Part shown: in pieces, positions 37,446-46,595 of the stretch
Position numbering within the stretch: the stretch's first letter is position 1
Layout: each line of letters opens with the position of its first letter
NCBI GenBank assembly: GCA_965209235.1
Contig: OZ242382.1
Location: 943,010-1,007,009, forward strand
Length of the DNA: 64,000 nucleotides
Reading direction: 5' to 3'
From: Gammaproteobacteria bacterium
GTDB taxonomy: Bacteria; Pseudomonadota; Gammaproteobacteria; G965209235
Translations under genes and position numbers: made by a program
Notes under the pieces: generated by a model
Seen by the model: the letters and a program-made list of their open reading frames with translations, nothing else
Told to the model about the DNA's origin: nothing
Databases searched by the model: none

Positions 37446-37916
37446 ATGGAAGAACACGATACTCCTCCTCCTGAGGAGATACGAACGTGGATCTCCGAGG
37501 CGATCCGCCAAGCGGGATCCCGCTTTCGCCTCGGAGATCGTAATTGCAATGTCGACGTGACATATGTGTCTTCAGATCGCATTCGAGATCTGAACAACAC
37601 CTATCGCACGCACAATCAATCGACTAACGCGCTCGCCTTTCCAGCGATTGGTCCAGACGAAGAGTTGGGTGCGTGGTTCTCAGGGTGCGTTGGTGACATC
37701 GTGACGTGTCCCGAGGTCATGACCAAGGAGTGTGAAGAGCTACAGATACCCGCTGTGGACCACTGGGCTCATGTCATGGTGCATGCGACATTGCATTTGT
37801 GTGGCATGACACACGACAACACCCCTGATCAAAACCGTATGTTTGCCGCGGAGTCGGCGATACTGCGCGCCGTCAATCGGCGTGACGCACACCCGGAGTT
37901 TGCTCATGGCGTCTAA
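37446..37916 (+). CDS. ybeY: rRNA maturation endoribonuclease YbeY
   Basis: The zinc motif 'HVMVHATLHLCGMTHD' (H..H.....H) and the position after ybeZ support the call. Confidence 0.9.
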   Translation: MEEHDTPPPEEIRTWISEAIRQAGSRFRLGDRNCNVDVTYVSSDRIRDLNNTYRTHNQSTNALAFPAIGPDEELGAWFSGCVGDIVTCPEVMTKECEELQIPAVDHWAHVMVHATLHLCGMTHDNTPDQNRMFAAESAILRAVNRRDAHPEFAHGV

Positions 37917-38769
37917 CGGAAGCGGGCGAGGGATCATGTCATCTCTGCCGATACGCCATGCCTTTGCCGAACGGCGTCGCCGCAAAGCACCCGATCGCTT
38001 GATTCGCGCGATTGAGTATGCTGAAGAAGCTGGCGCGGTGGATGTTGTCACGGCGCGATTGCTGCGCAGCACGTTAGCGATCGCCAATCGCCAAGTGAGA
38101 GAGGTCATGACGCCGGCGCCTGAGGTGATCGTGATTAACCGAACGGCCTCGTTGGCGGATGTCACAAAAATCATTACCGAACAGCCGCACTCGCGGTTCC
38201 CGGTGGTCGGGGACTCGTTGTCTGATGTCGAAGGGGTGTTGCTCGCTCGGCGCTTCTTTAGTGCGCTGGTGTCGAATGAGGTTCAGGATGGCCCCAACAT
38301 GCTGGAGCCGTACACCACCCGTCCCCTGATCGTGCCTGAGACTCGTCACCTCGCTGATGTCCTGCCTGAGTTTCAAACCGGTCAGAGTCACTTGGCGATT
38401 GTTGTTGATGAGTTTGGGGCTATCTCGGGATGTGTCTCGATCGAAGATGTCTTGGAAGAGATTGTCGGCGAGATCAAGGATGAAACGGACAATCCGGTCG
38501 ACGATAAAGCGATCGAGAAAACGGGTGAGAACACGTACTCGATTGTTGCGACACTTTCGCTTGCGGATCTCAATGAACGGATGGGAACCAGCCTGAAATC
38601 GGATCACGCGGAGACGCTGGCGGGCCTCTTGCTGGAACTGACGGGACGGATTCCGGATATTGGCCACGAAGGGGAGATAGACGGTGCGCACTACCGTATT
38701 CTTGATGCGGATCACCGGCGATTGATACGGATCGAGTTGCGGTTAGACGACCCCACGCATGGTGTCTAA
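37906..38769 (+). CDS. corC: CBS-pair / CorC_HlyC domain magnesium-cobalt efflux-associated protein (YbeX/CorC)
   Basis: 'VREVMTP', tandem CBS domains and 'DEFGAISGCVSIEDVLEEIVGEI' are followed by a transporter-associated C-terminal domain. Confidence 0.9.
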   Translation: MASNGSGRGIMSSLPIRHAFAERRRRKAPDRLIRAIEYAEEAGAVDVVTARLLRSTLAIANRQVREVMTPAPEVIVINRTASLADVTKIITEQPHSRFPVVGDSLSDVEGVLLARRFFSALVSNEVQDGPNMLEPYTTRPLIVPETRHLADVLPEFQTGQSHLAIVVDEFGAISGCVSIEDVLEEIVGEIKDETDNPVDDKAIEKTGENTYSIVATLSLADLNERMGTSLKSDHAETLAGLLLELTGRIPDIGHEGEIDGAHYRILDADHRRLIRIELRLDDPTHGV

Positions 38770-40351
38770 GAGTCAGGTCTTTGCGTACCTGATTAACTTT
38801 GCGGCGGGATCATTCACGGTTCTCGCCTTCGCACCGTTTGAGATATGGGCTGCCGCATTGATTGGGCCGGCCGTACTCGCCTACTGGTTGCGAGCGGCAA
38901 GCGCCAAAGACGCAGCGCTGTACGCTTTCAACTGGTTTACCGGGTTTTGGTCGTTCGGCATTGCATGGCTCTACGACAGCATCCACGATTACGGTGAGGT
39001 GCCTGTCTTTGGCAGCATCATTCTGGTGGCATTATTTGTCATGATGATGACACTGTTTGGGATCGCGCAAGGATGGCTGACAGGATACTTACGCAGATCA
39101 GATGCAGGCGTTCTTCAGGGTTCCAGTTCTTCAGAAACGGACGTTATAACTTCAGAGGAAGATGCCATTCAACTGCTGTGCACATTTCCGATTCTGTGGA
39201 TTGCATTTGAGTGGATCCGCGAATGGATATTGACGGGGTTCCCCTGGTTGTACATTGGTGTGGCGATGTCGCAATCGCCGCTGGAAGGACTGTTGCCGGT
39301 TGGCGGGTCCTATCTTGCGTCTCTAGGTGCGATCGTGATATCGGGAGCCGTGGCGTTGATCGCGGTGCGCGTCAAATCAGACCCAAAGCGCGTGATGTTG
39401 CCGATGGCCACAATTTTTTTCGTGCTAGCGGCGGCCGTGACGGGATCCGTCTTCATCCCTTCACCTGACGAGGGTGAGGCCATCAGCGTGCGAGTGGTAC
39501 AACCGGCTGTACCCATTCGAGAGAAGTGGGTGCGCGGGGGATTGCAAGAGAGTTTGATTCGGTCGCGCGCACTCAGTCAGTACGACGATCCAGTGCAGCT
39601 AGTGATTTGGCCAGAAACGGCGATTCCGTCTCGTGTGCAGTACGAAACGCCCTCATGGCAGATGAACCGGGTTCGGTGGAGTCGTGAGCGAGACGGGATG
39701 GCGACGATTTCTGGAGCGCTCTACGTCAACGAGGAAGGTGAGAAGTTCAACTCTGCCGTGATGTTTGGTGATGCCGGCGATGCGCCAGACGAATTCATCC
39801 ATAAACATCGACTGGTACCGTTTGGGGAGTATGTGCCGTTGGAGGACTCCATTCGCGGGGTGTTGCGGCTGTTTGATCTTCCAGAATCCAATCTCACGCA
39901 AGGGCCGTATGTCCAAGACCTCATGACGCATGGTCTTGCCAGAATTGCAGTCAGTATTTGCTATGAGGTGGCGTACCCGCATCTCGTTCGGCACATTTCT
40001 GATAATGCCAATATCTTGGTCACCATCAGCAATGATGCGTGGTGGGAGCATGCCAATCAGCCAGCACAACATATGCAAATGGCACAAGCACGCGCGCTTG
40101 AGAATGGCCGCTGGATGTTGCGTGCCACTAATACGGGGGTGAGTGGCGTGATCGCTCCTGACGGCGAAATTGTGGCGGTGACACCATATGGCGTTCCGGC
40201 ATCTGCTGATGCTGTGGCTCGTCTGATTGAGCGCCGGACGCCGTGGGGCGTGCTCGGCGGATGGATCAGTACGCTGGTTGTGGCGGCGATGCTTGTGGCG
40301 GTGGCCGCCTCCGTCTCGCGGGTGAGACGACGCAGACGCGCCAACCGATGA
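38759..40351 (+). CDS. lnt: apolipoprotein N-acyltransferase
   Basis: A polytopic N-terminal half precedes a nitrilase-like domain with 'WPE', 'KHRLVPFGEY' and the catalytic Cys in 'SICYEVAYP'. Confidence 0.95.
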   Translation: MVSKSQVFAYLINFAAGSFTVLAFAPFEIWAAALIGPAVLAYWLRAASAKDAALYAFNWFTGFWSFGIAWLYDSIHDYGEVPVFGSIILVALFVMMMTLFGIAQGWLTGYLRRSDAGVLQGSSSSETDVITSEEDAIQLLCTFPILWIAFEWIREWILTGFPWLYIGVAMSQSPLEGLLPVGGSYLASLGAIVISGAVALIAVRVKSDPKRVMLPMATIFFVLAAAVTGSVFIPSPDEGEAISVRVVQPAVPIREKWVRGGLQESLIRSRALSQYDDPVQLVIWPETAIPSRVQYETPSWQMNRVRWSRERDGMATISGALYVNEEGEKFNSAVMFGDAGDAPDEFIHKHRLVPFGEYVPLEDSIRGVLRLFDLPESNLTQGPYVQDLMTHGLARIAVSICYEVAYPHLVRHISDNANILVTISNDAWWEHANQPAQHMQMAQARALENGRWMLRATNTGVSGVIAPDGEIVAVTPYGVPASADAVARLIERRTPWGVLGGWISTLVVAAMLVAVAASVSRVRRRRRANR

Positions 40352-40902
40352 TGCGGGAAGATGTGCTGCACAGCTGGGCCGGACTCTCAAAACTCGATCC
40401 GTTTGGGCATCGGCATGTCATTCTTGTGGATGTTGCCACTCAGGACCTCACGCTTTTGGCGCCACACGCGATTCCCAGTGAGCGCGCGACGGTGGGGCGA
40501 TGGACGATCTCAACGTCACGGCAGGGATCGAATTGTCATGAAGGGAGTTTTGGAACGCCGACTGGTTGGCATCAGATCTGCGCCGTTATCGGTCGAGCTC
40601 AAGCGCCGCAGCAGCAGTTTGTGGGCAGAGTTGCGGTTCAAGACACGGACACTTCGGATGCTATCTTGGGGCGCATCCTGTGGTTGGATGGGCTAGAGCC
40701 TCATCACAACCGATATGGTTCGGTCGACTCAAGGCGACGTTACATCTACGTACATGGCACGCGAGATACGGCGCATCTCGGTCAACCGTACTCACAAGGA
40801 TGCGTGAGGATGCACCCGCTAGATGTGGTGCAGTTGGCGGAACTGGTCAAGCCTGGCGCGCTCGTGTGGATCGGAGCGGTCACGCTTAAGACCAAGTGTT
40901 GA
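40348..40902 (+). CDS. L,D-transpeptidase (YkuD) family protein
   Basis: 'IYVHGT......G.PYSQGCVRM' is the YkuD catalytic His/Cys motif. ATG 40348 overlaps the lnt stop. Confidence 0.8.
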   Translation: MMREDVLHSWAGLSKLDPFGHRHVILVDVATQDLTLLAPHAIPSERATVGRWTISTSRQGSNCHEGSFGTPTGWHQICAVIGRAQAPQQQFVGRVAVQDTDTSDAILGRILWLDGLEPHHNRYGSVDSRRRYIYVHGTRDTAHLGQPYSQGCVRMHPLDVVQLAELVKPGALVWIGAVTLKTKC

Positions 40903-41110
40903 GCGCAGCCTGATACGAACGGACGTGCAGTCTGTCGTCCTCGCGTTGAACTTATTACGGCTTTGCTTGTCTTAATAACCGGAGAGCACGAGATGTGCAC
41001 CCCGTATTGATCCGATGGGGGCACCGGATCAGGGGTCGCACGGTCGGGAGGTGTCGTTCGGGGGTCACGGCATCTCCCCCAGGCTCTGGAAACGGAGCCT
41101 GGCCAATGAG

Positions 41111-41139
41111 AAGGATCCGCCGCATTGCGGCGGATCCTT
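41111..41139. terminator. perfect 13-bp GC-rich inverted repeat (AAGGATCCGCCGC-ATT-GCGGCGGATCCTT), probably a bidirectional terminator hairpin
   Basis: The repeat was read directly. It lies 19 nt past the stop of the fadB-like gene (- strand) and at the 3' end of the structured spacer on the + strand. Neither side has a clear U-tract. Confidence 0.5.
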
Positions 41140-41157
41140 ACTCAATTCTGGTCAGCG

Positions 41158-43230
41158 TTAGAAGCGACCTTCGCCTTCAGCTTTCGCTTTCAGATACGGT
41201 GACACATCAAACGACGCATCGCCCGATTTCCCGTAATGTTGCATCTGCTCCACTACTTTTGACAAGCCGGTCTGCTCAGCGTACTTCATGGGGCCACCAC
41301 GCCATACGGGGAAGCCGTAACCAAAGACATACACGACATCGATGTCGGACGCGCGCTGGGCATGCCCTTCATCAATGATCTTCGCACCTTCATTCACCAG
41401 GGCGAACAGGCAACGTTCCAAGATCTCTTGGTCACTGATGTCACGGCGTTTGTAGCCAAGGTCCTCAGACACTTTCACCACAACGGCATCCGCTTCCGGG
41501 GCCGGCATGGGTGCACGGCTGCCAGGTGCGTAGTTGTAAAAACCTTTGCCATTCTTCTGGCCCAAACGGTCTTGCTCGCACAACGTGTCGCCGATGCGGG
41601 TTTGATCGTTACCGTTGTCACCACGCATTTTGCGGGCTCTCCAGCCAAGGTCCAGACCGACGAGGTCAGACATTTGGAAGGGACCCATCGCCATGCCAAT
41701 GTCCTCACGCAAGACGCGGTCCACTTGACTGGGGAGTGCGCCTTCCAAGATGAGTTTGTTGGCTTGAGTGCTGTAGGCAGAGATCATGCGGTTGCCGATA
41801 AAGCCCGGGCAGTTTCCTGCAACGACACCGATTTTGCGGATCCGCTTGGCCATCGCCATGGCGGTTGCAAGCGCTTTCTTCCCTGTATTCTTTCCGCGAA
41901 CCACTTCCAGCAATTGCATGATATTGGCGGGGCTAAAGAAGTGCATGCCGACCACACGGGACGGGTTTTTGACCACGCTTCCGATCTGGTCGATGTCCAA
42001 GAAAGACGTGTTTGAGGCCAAGACGGCATCATCCTTCGTCGAGGCATCGAGTTTCTTGAAGATCTCTTGCTTGAGATCCATGTTCTCATACACCGCTTCG
42101 ATCGCGAGATCAACGTCTCCAATGGAGCCGTAGTCCAAGCTCGGCGTCAGGAGCGACATGGCTTTATCCATGGCCTTTTGTGACATACGACCGCCTTTGA
42201 CCATCCGTTCGTAGTTCGTGCGAATGGTTGAGACGCCTTTGTCCAAATCCTCTTGGGCACGGTCAAGCAATGTGACGGGGACGCCTGACTGCAAGAAGTT
42301 CATGGTGATGCCACCGCCCATGAGGCCAGCGCCAACCACACATGCTGACTTGACGTCTTGTGTGGGTTCGTCTTTGGGCAAATCAGCAATGCGCGCGGCT
42401 TGACGTTGTGAGAAGAAGATGTGAATCATCGCTTCCCTTTGTGGGTTCGTGAGACACTCCACAAAACGCTCGCCTTCGAACTTCAAACCTGCATCAAAGT
42501 CGCCGTTCTCGACAGCTTTCTCGACACACTTAATGATTTGCTGCGGAGCAAATTGGCCACGCCTCGACTTAGCAACCATCTTCTTGGCAGCATCGATTGC
42601 GGCTTTGGCTTCTTCCGGTGATCCGACATTCGGGGTCATGTCCCGAACACGGCGGGGACCTTGTGCGGCCAGTTCACGCGCTTTGGCGATGGCTTCATCA
42701 TACGACTGACAAAAGGCATCGACGATGCCCGCATCAAGCGCTTTTTGAGCAGGCGTATTGCCGCCACCCAACATCACTTGTAGTGCTGGTCCGGGGCCAA
42801 TAATGCGCGGTAGGCGCTGCGTTCCACCAGCACCCGGCAACAAGCCGAGGTTGACTTCTGGTAGGCCAACAAATCCCGTGGGCAGGATGACCCGGTAGTG
42901 GCAGACAAGCGCCACTTCAAGACCACCGCCTAGTGCACTGCCGTTGATGATGGCAACGACTGGCTTGGGGCAGTTTTCCATGTCACTCATGATGTCGTGA
43001 AGGCCAGGGCCCTCAGCTTTGCCACCGAATTCAGAAATATCGGCACCGGCAATAAACGAGCGGCCTTTACCGGTCACCACGACTACTTTGACGTTATCGT
43101 CAGCCGTGGCTTGCTTGATGCCGTCTTGAAACCCTTGCCTGACACCAGAGCTGAGGGGGTTGACGGGTGGATTGTCGACAAGTAGCGTGGCGATGTCGCC
43201 ATCAACTGAGTAGTGAACTGCGCCTTTCAT
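41158..43230 (-). CDS. fatty-acid oxidation multifunctional protein (enoyl-CoA hydratase / 3-hydroxyacyl-CoA dehydrogenase), FadB/FadJ-like
   Basis: An N-terminal crotonase fold ('[20 protein letters not shown]', '[14 protein letters not shown]') precedes the NAD-binding '[13 protein letters not shown]' and HCDH domains. No thiolase gene is adjacent. Confidence 0.9.
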   Translation of the reverse strand: MKGAVHYSVDGDIATLLVDNPPVNPLSSGVRQGFQDGIKQATADDNVKVVVVTGKGRSFIAGADISEFGGKAEGPGLHDIMSDMENCPKPVVAIINGSALGGGLEVALVCHYRVILPTGFVGLPEVNLGLLPGAGGTQRLPRIIGPGPALQVMLGGGNTPAQKALDAGIVDAFCQSYDEAIAKARELAAQGPRRVRDMTPNVGSPEEAKAAIDAAKKMVAKSRRGQFAPQQIIKCVEKAVENGDFDAGLKFEGERFVECLTNPQREAMIHIFFSQRQAARIADLPKDEPTQDVKSACVVGAGLMGGGITMNFLQSGVPVTLLDRAQEDLDKGVSTIRTNYERMVKGGRMSQKAMDKAMSLLTPSLDYGSIGDVDLAIEAVYENMDLKQEIFKKLDASTKDDAVLASNTSFLDIDQIGSVVKNPSRVVGMHFFSPANIMQLLEVVRGKNTGKKALATAMAMAKRIRKIGVVAGNCPGFIGNRMISAYSTQANKLILEGALPSQVDRVLREDIGMAMGPFQMSDLVGLDLGWRARKMRGDNGNDQTRIGDTLCEQDRLGQKNGKGFYNYAPGSRAPMPAPEADAVVVKVSEDLGYKRRDISDQEILERCLFALVNEGAKIIDEGHAQRASDIDVVYVFGYGFPVWRGGPMKYAEQTGLSKVVEQMQHYGKSGDASFDVSPYLKAKAEGEGRF

Positions 43231-43310
43231 AGCGTTCTCAAAGGAGGTCTGAGTGGCATAGTGTACCGTGGGCCACGGCACAATTCAGACGAACTCGGTC
43301 CGTACTACTC

Positions 43311-44333
43311 ATGCTCGTTTTGGGGATAGAGACTTCGTGTGATGAAACGGCCATCGCGCTTGTGGGACCCAATGGTCCGGTTGCTGATGTGCTGCACTCG
43401 CAGACGCTTTTGCATGAACAGTACGGTGGCGTGGTGCCTGAACTCGCTGCGCGCGACCACGTTCAACGGTTACCTCAGCTCTTCTCGCGCGTCATGGACA
43501 TGGCATCAGTCCGGCCGTCCGACATTGAGGGAGTTGCCTGTACGGCTGGGCCGGGCTTGATTACCGCGCTTCTTGTCGGTGTGCGTTTTGCCAGTGCATT
43601 TGCGCAGACGGCGAAGATTCCGCTTGTCGGTGTCCACCACATGGAAGGGCATCTGCTATCGCCGTACATTGGCGTGTCGCAAGCGCCTTGGCCCGTGCTG
43701 GCCCTGTTAATTTCGGGGGGACACACCATGTTGGTTCACGCCAAAAGTCTTGGAGACTACACCGTGATTGGTGACACCCTCGACGATGCTGTGGGGGAAG
43801 CGTTTGATAAGACGGCCCGTCTGATGGGGTTGCCATACCCTGGCGGTCCGGAGATTGAGCGTCTAGCCAAAGACGGCGATCCCAAACGCTTTGCCTTTCC
43901 CCGGCCGATGATTAAGCGGGGTGGCTGCGACTTTAGTTTTTCTGGTCTTAAAACCGCAGTCATGAGAACCTGGGACAACGACGTGTCCAGTTGTCCGAGC
44001 GGCCGGGCAGACGTCGCTGCGAGCCTGCAAGCGGCCATTGCAGAGACGCTGGCCAGTCGCTTGCGGAAGGCCATTCGCCTGACGGGTGTCCAGCACGTCT
44101 TGGTGGCCGGTGGAGTCGCTGCCAACCTCGCCGTTCGAGATGCCATTCAACACGTCACGGATGACGAGAAATGTGCGCTGGAGACGCCCGCTGCAAAGCT
44201 TTGCACCGACAACGCCGTCATGATTGCAAACGTGGGCCGGATGAGGCTGACCAACGGCGAGCGCGCGACATCAGTGTCCGTGACGCCGCGGTGGAATATT
44301 GATGAACTCAGCCCGCCGTCCGCGCTCGGTTAG
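43311..44333 (+). CDS. tsaD: tRNA N6-adenosine threonylcarbamoyltransferase TsaD
   Basis: 'MLVLGIETSCDETAIALV', 'HHMEGHL' and 'LISGGHT' are canonical Kae1/TsaD motifs. Confidence 0.95.
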   Translation: MLVLGIETSCDETAIALVGPNGPVADVLHSQTLLHEQYGGVVPELAARDHVQRLPQLFSRVMDMASVRPSDIEGVACTAGPGLITALLVGVRFASAFAQTAKIPLVGVHHMEGHLLSPYIGVSQAPWPVLALLISGGHTMLVHAKSLGDYTVIGDTLDDAVGEAFDKTARLMGLPYPGGPEIERLAKDGDPKRFAFPRPMIKRGGCDFSFSGLKTAVMRTWDNDVSSCPSGRADVAASLQAAIAETLASRLRKAIRLTGVQHVLVAGGVAANLAVRDAIQHVTDDEKCALETPAAKLCTDNAVMIANVGRMRLTNGERATSVSVTPRWNIDELSPPSALG

Positions 44334-44339
44334 TCGTCT

Positions 44340-45539
44340 CTACCCAAACGCTCGTTCAGTCATCCAGTACGCTCCAACAAAACAAAGGGCGCATCCGATG
44401 GCCAGCTTGACGTACATGCTGGCGATGCTCCATCGCCGCAGAGCAAACATCACGGATAACACCGCGGTCATGATGAGCAGTTGCGCCACTTCTGCGCCCA
44501 CGTTGAAGCCGAGAAGTACCGGCAAGAGATCGTTGCGCGACCACGGAACGGTGGTTAAGGCTTGAGCGACTCCCAGCCCATGCACGAGGCCAAACCCTGC
44601 ACTGGTGCCAATCAGCCGCAGTGCGTTCTTGGTGGGCGAGGCGCGCGCCAGCGACAGGTACCCCAAACTTGCAATGCCTGATCCAACGGCGGCCATCAGA
44701 GGTCCGTTGAAAAAGAAGGCCACTGCGGTCGCCGTTGCCGACATCCCAACCGCTAGACCGATGAGTGTTCGCTGCGACACGCCAACGCGCGCAAGGCCAT
44801 CGAGCCCGAGCAGCATCACGGACCATCCGATGAGCATCTCCGTCGCGAAGCTATCGACCGTCACCCATCCGACCGTCGACAGTGTCAGTGCCGCCGCATG
44901 CCCAATTGTGAATCCAGTGACGGCTGATAGCGCCAGCCCGAGTGTGGCACATAACAGGGCTAGCCCGCCAAGGAAAGCCACGTGATCCGGCCCAAACCCC
45001 ACGTGAAACATACCAGCCTTGACCATGTCCATAAACGGCGTATCAGATCGCCAGCGATCATCGGAGGCGGAGAGGTGGCCGCTGGAAAGAAGAGCGTCTG
45101 GTTGGGTGGACGACAGCACGAGTTCTGTGCGGCCATCATGGCCGCGCACGCGCAAGATATGTAGATGGCCAGGCACTTGTTCTAGCAGCGTGTCAGCCGC
45201 GGCTGATGTGGGTGGCTTTCGGCATGTCACGTCCCACGAAGCGACCAAAATGCCAGTGCGCTGTTGGACTTGGTACGTCACGTTCTGCGGCGCTGAACAC
45301 GTCGGCGTCAGTTGCACACCGGTGGCAAAGGCATGGGCGACGCGGGCGAACGGATCGGGATCTTGTAGATCATTGATGTTTAGCGCCTGCATGATGTTGG
45401 GCAGGTTGCTGATTCGGATGCCAAACTCCGTTGAGAACCCCGTGTCCGTTTCAACCCATGTCGACCACGACTCACCTCGGCTATGCGCGGAGGCAAAGCT
45501 CACGGCGCATGTCAACGCGCAGACCCAAAGAAACCGAAT
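44340..45539 (-). CDS. HupE/UreJ_2-like membrane protein with a periplasmic N-terminal domain; the start codon is unresolved (ATT 45539?)
   Basis: The C-terminal half has about 6 TM helices with 'GFGPDHVAFLGGLALL', 'GFTIGHAAALTL' and 'GLVHGLG'. The N-terminus reads (I)RFLWVCALTCAVSFASA|HSRGESWS, a signal peptide. The first 100 codons of ORF 44340..45851 overlap the upstream gene. Confidence 0.65.
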   Translation of the reverse strand: MRFLWVCALTCAVSFASAHSRGESWSTWVETDTGFSTEFGIRISNLPNIMQALNINDLQDPDPFARVAHAFATGVQLTPTCSAPQNVTYQVQQRTGILVASWDVTCRKPPTSAAADTLLEQVPGHLHILRVRGHDGRTELVLSSTQPDALLSSGHLSASDDRWRSDTPFMDMVKAGMFHVGFGPDHVAFLGGLALLCATLGLALSAVTGFTIGHAAALTLSTVGWVTVDSFATEMLIGWSVMLLGLDGLARVGVSQRTLIGLAVGMSATATAVAFFFNGPLMAAVGSGIASLGYLSLARASPTKNALRLIGTSAGFGLVHGLGVAQALTTVPWSRNDLLPVLLGFNVGAEVAQLLIMTAVLSVMFALRRWSIASMYVKLAIGCALCFVGAYWMTERAFG

Positions 45540-45543
45540 GTAA

Positions 45544-46368
45544 TCAGTCCAGATCGGAGTTGACTTCAACGTCGTAGAGATCGCGCAACAGCATGAGATG
45601 GTCTGCAAACGCGACGTCATCCCTCTCTCGTGCCCAAGCGTAGCGCACGGTTTCTTGGACACCGGCATAAGGCGGAGCGGGAGGTTTCTTGCGATCAACG
45701 ACGTACACCGTCCAGCAGGAGTTCTGGCCGGTCTCGTGGATCCAACGGCTGCCTGTGTCTGCCTCAGACGCGCGGGCCGCGATGGTGGATCCGAGATACT
45801 CACGCAACTTGGCGATGGCCAGCAGTCGATCCGGTACATAGTCGAGTGCACGCCCTTCGCCGAAGGGCTCGCCTTCTGGGCAGTTGTCGTAGGTAGTCAC
45901 CCTCACGTGCGCTTGGGGCGGCCCCGTGAACAAGTCAGCGTTCTGGTCGTACCACGCTCGCAATTCCTCGTCGGACGCTTCACGGACGGACGCTTCATCG
46001 ATGATTCGTTCCAGCATGCGCTGCGTGATCGTGCCGCGCACTACCGGGTCTGTCTCGATGAATCCGAGGTCTAAGCCACGCTTAATGATGAGCTCTTCGT
46101 CAATGATTCGCTCGCGAATAAAGGCTCTGTCCTCGGCGGTTGCGGTCTTCTTGAAGTCGGTTTCCCAGCTTTCCACGGCGGCCTCGTAGATTTCGCTGGC
46201 AATCGGCACACCATCGATCGTGGCCATCCATGCGCCCTTCCGAGGGTCAATGCTGTTGACGGTTCCGGCGATCGCCAGGATCGCGCCAATCGTTGTTGCT
46301 GCGACCGCAAGGCGCGGGGGAATCGGCGTCAGACCGGGGAGTGACGTTCTCAATTGAGAAAATTCCAA
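45544..46368 (-). CDS. membrane-anchored protein, possibly a PpiD/SurA-like peptidyl-prolyl isomerase family member
   Basis: An N-terminal TM anchor (LAVAATTIGAILAIAGTV) is followed by a helical chaperone-like segment and a C-terminal region loosely like Rotamase_2. The family assignment is weak. Confidence 0.45.
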   Translation of the reverse strand: MEFSQLRTSLPGLTPIPPRLAVAATTIGAILAIAGTVNSIDPRKGAWMATIDGVPIASEIYEAAVESWETDFKKTATAEDRAFIRERIIDEELIIKRGLDLGFIETDPVVRGTITQRMLERIIDEASVREASDEELRAWYDQNADLFTGPPQAHVRVTTYDNCPEGEPFGEGRALDYVPDRLLAIAKLREYLGSTIAARASEADTGSRWIHETGQNSCWTVYVVDRKKPPAPPYAGVQETVRYAWARERDDVAFADHLMLLRDLYDVEVNSDLD

Positions 46369-46394
46369 GAGACTAACGCCAGTGTAGCGATTCT

Positions 46395-46595
46395 ATGGAA
46401 GAGGAAGGGGGCGCGTCGACGTTGTCGTTAGCGCGCGCGATTGACCAGAACGTACAGGAACTTCTCGCAGAGATTGACAGGTTGCGAAAGCAATTGGCAT
46501 TAAAGGAGGAAGAGAACCGTACGGTGTACGGCAAGTACAACGAGGTGTTGCGACAGAAAGGACAAAACAGGAAGCGCGGGAAGACCAACGCATGA
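46395..46595 (+). CDS. hypothetical coiled-coil protein (66 aa)
   Basis: The ORF has the heptad-like 'QNVQELLAEIDRLRKQLALKEEENR' and a basic tail. Its stop overlaps the next ORF's ATG (ATGA). I see no SD sequence and recognise no family. Confidence 0.35.
   Translation: MEEEGGASTLSLARAIDQNVQELLAEIDRLRKQLALKEEENRTVYGKYNEVLRQKGQNRKRGKTNA

Noticed and set aside
39653-40390. A 245-aa ORF antisense to lnt. The same category covers 38074..38715 (antisense corC), 41362..42015 (antisense fadB-like), 57104..57781 (antisense ccmF), 8353..8952 and 23481..24080.
   Set aside because: All are Arg/His/Pro-rich translations opposite genes with strong family signatures, with no independent support.
40981-41140. 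Known riboswitch classes (guanidine-II mini-ykkC because of the ACGG motifs, ZTP, glycine) and a 5-codon ORF (ATG 40993, MCTPY*) after a GGAG.
   Set aside because: The ACGG motifs are not in tetraloops closed by complementary stems. No ZTP or glycine core sequences are present. There is no downstream gene to regulate, because both flanks are 3' ends. The mini-ORF has no support.
40995-41378. A 127-aa + strand ORF spanning the spacer and the fadB-like 3' end.
   Set aside because: It has a GTG start, an Arg/Gly-rich translation, and it runs antisense into a solid gene.
45540-45851. The N-terminal ~104 codons of ORF 44340..45851.
   Set aside because: They overlap the 3' end of the upstream PPIase-like gene and have an implausible composition. 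The signal peptide of the HupE-like protein begins right after that gene's stop.
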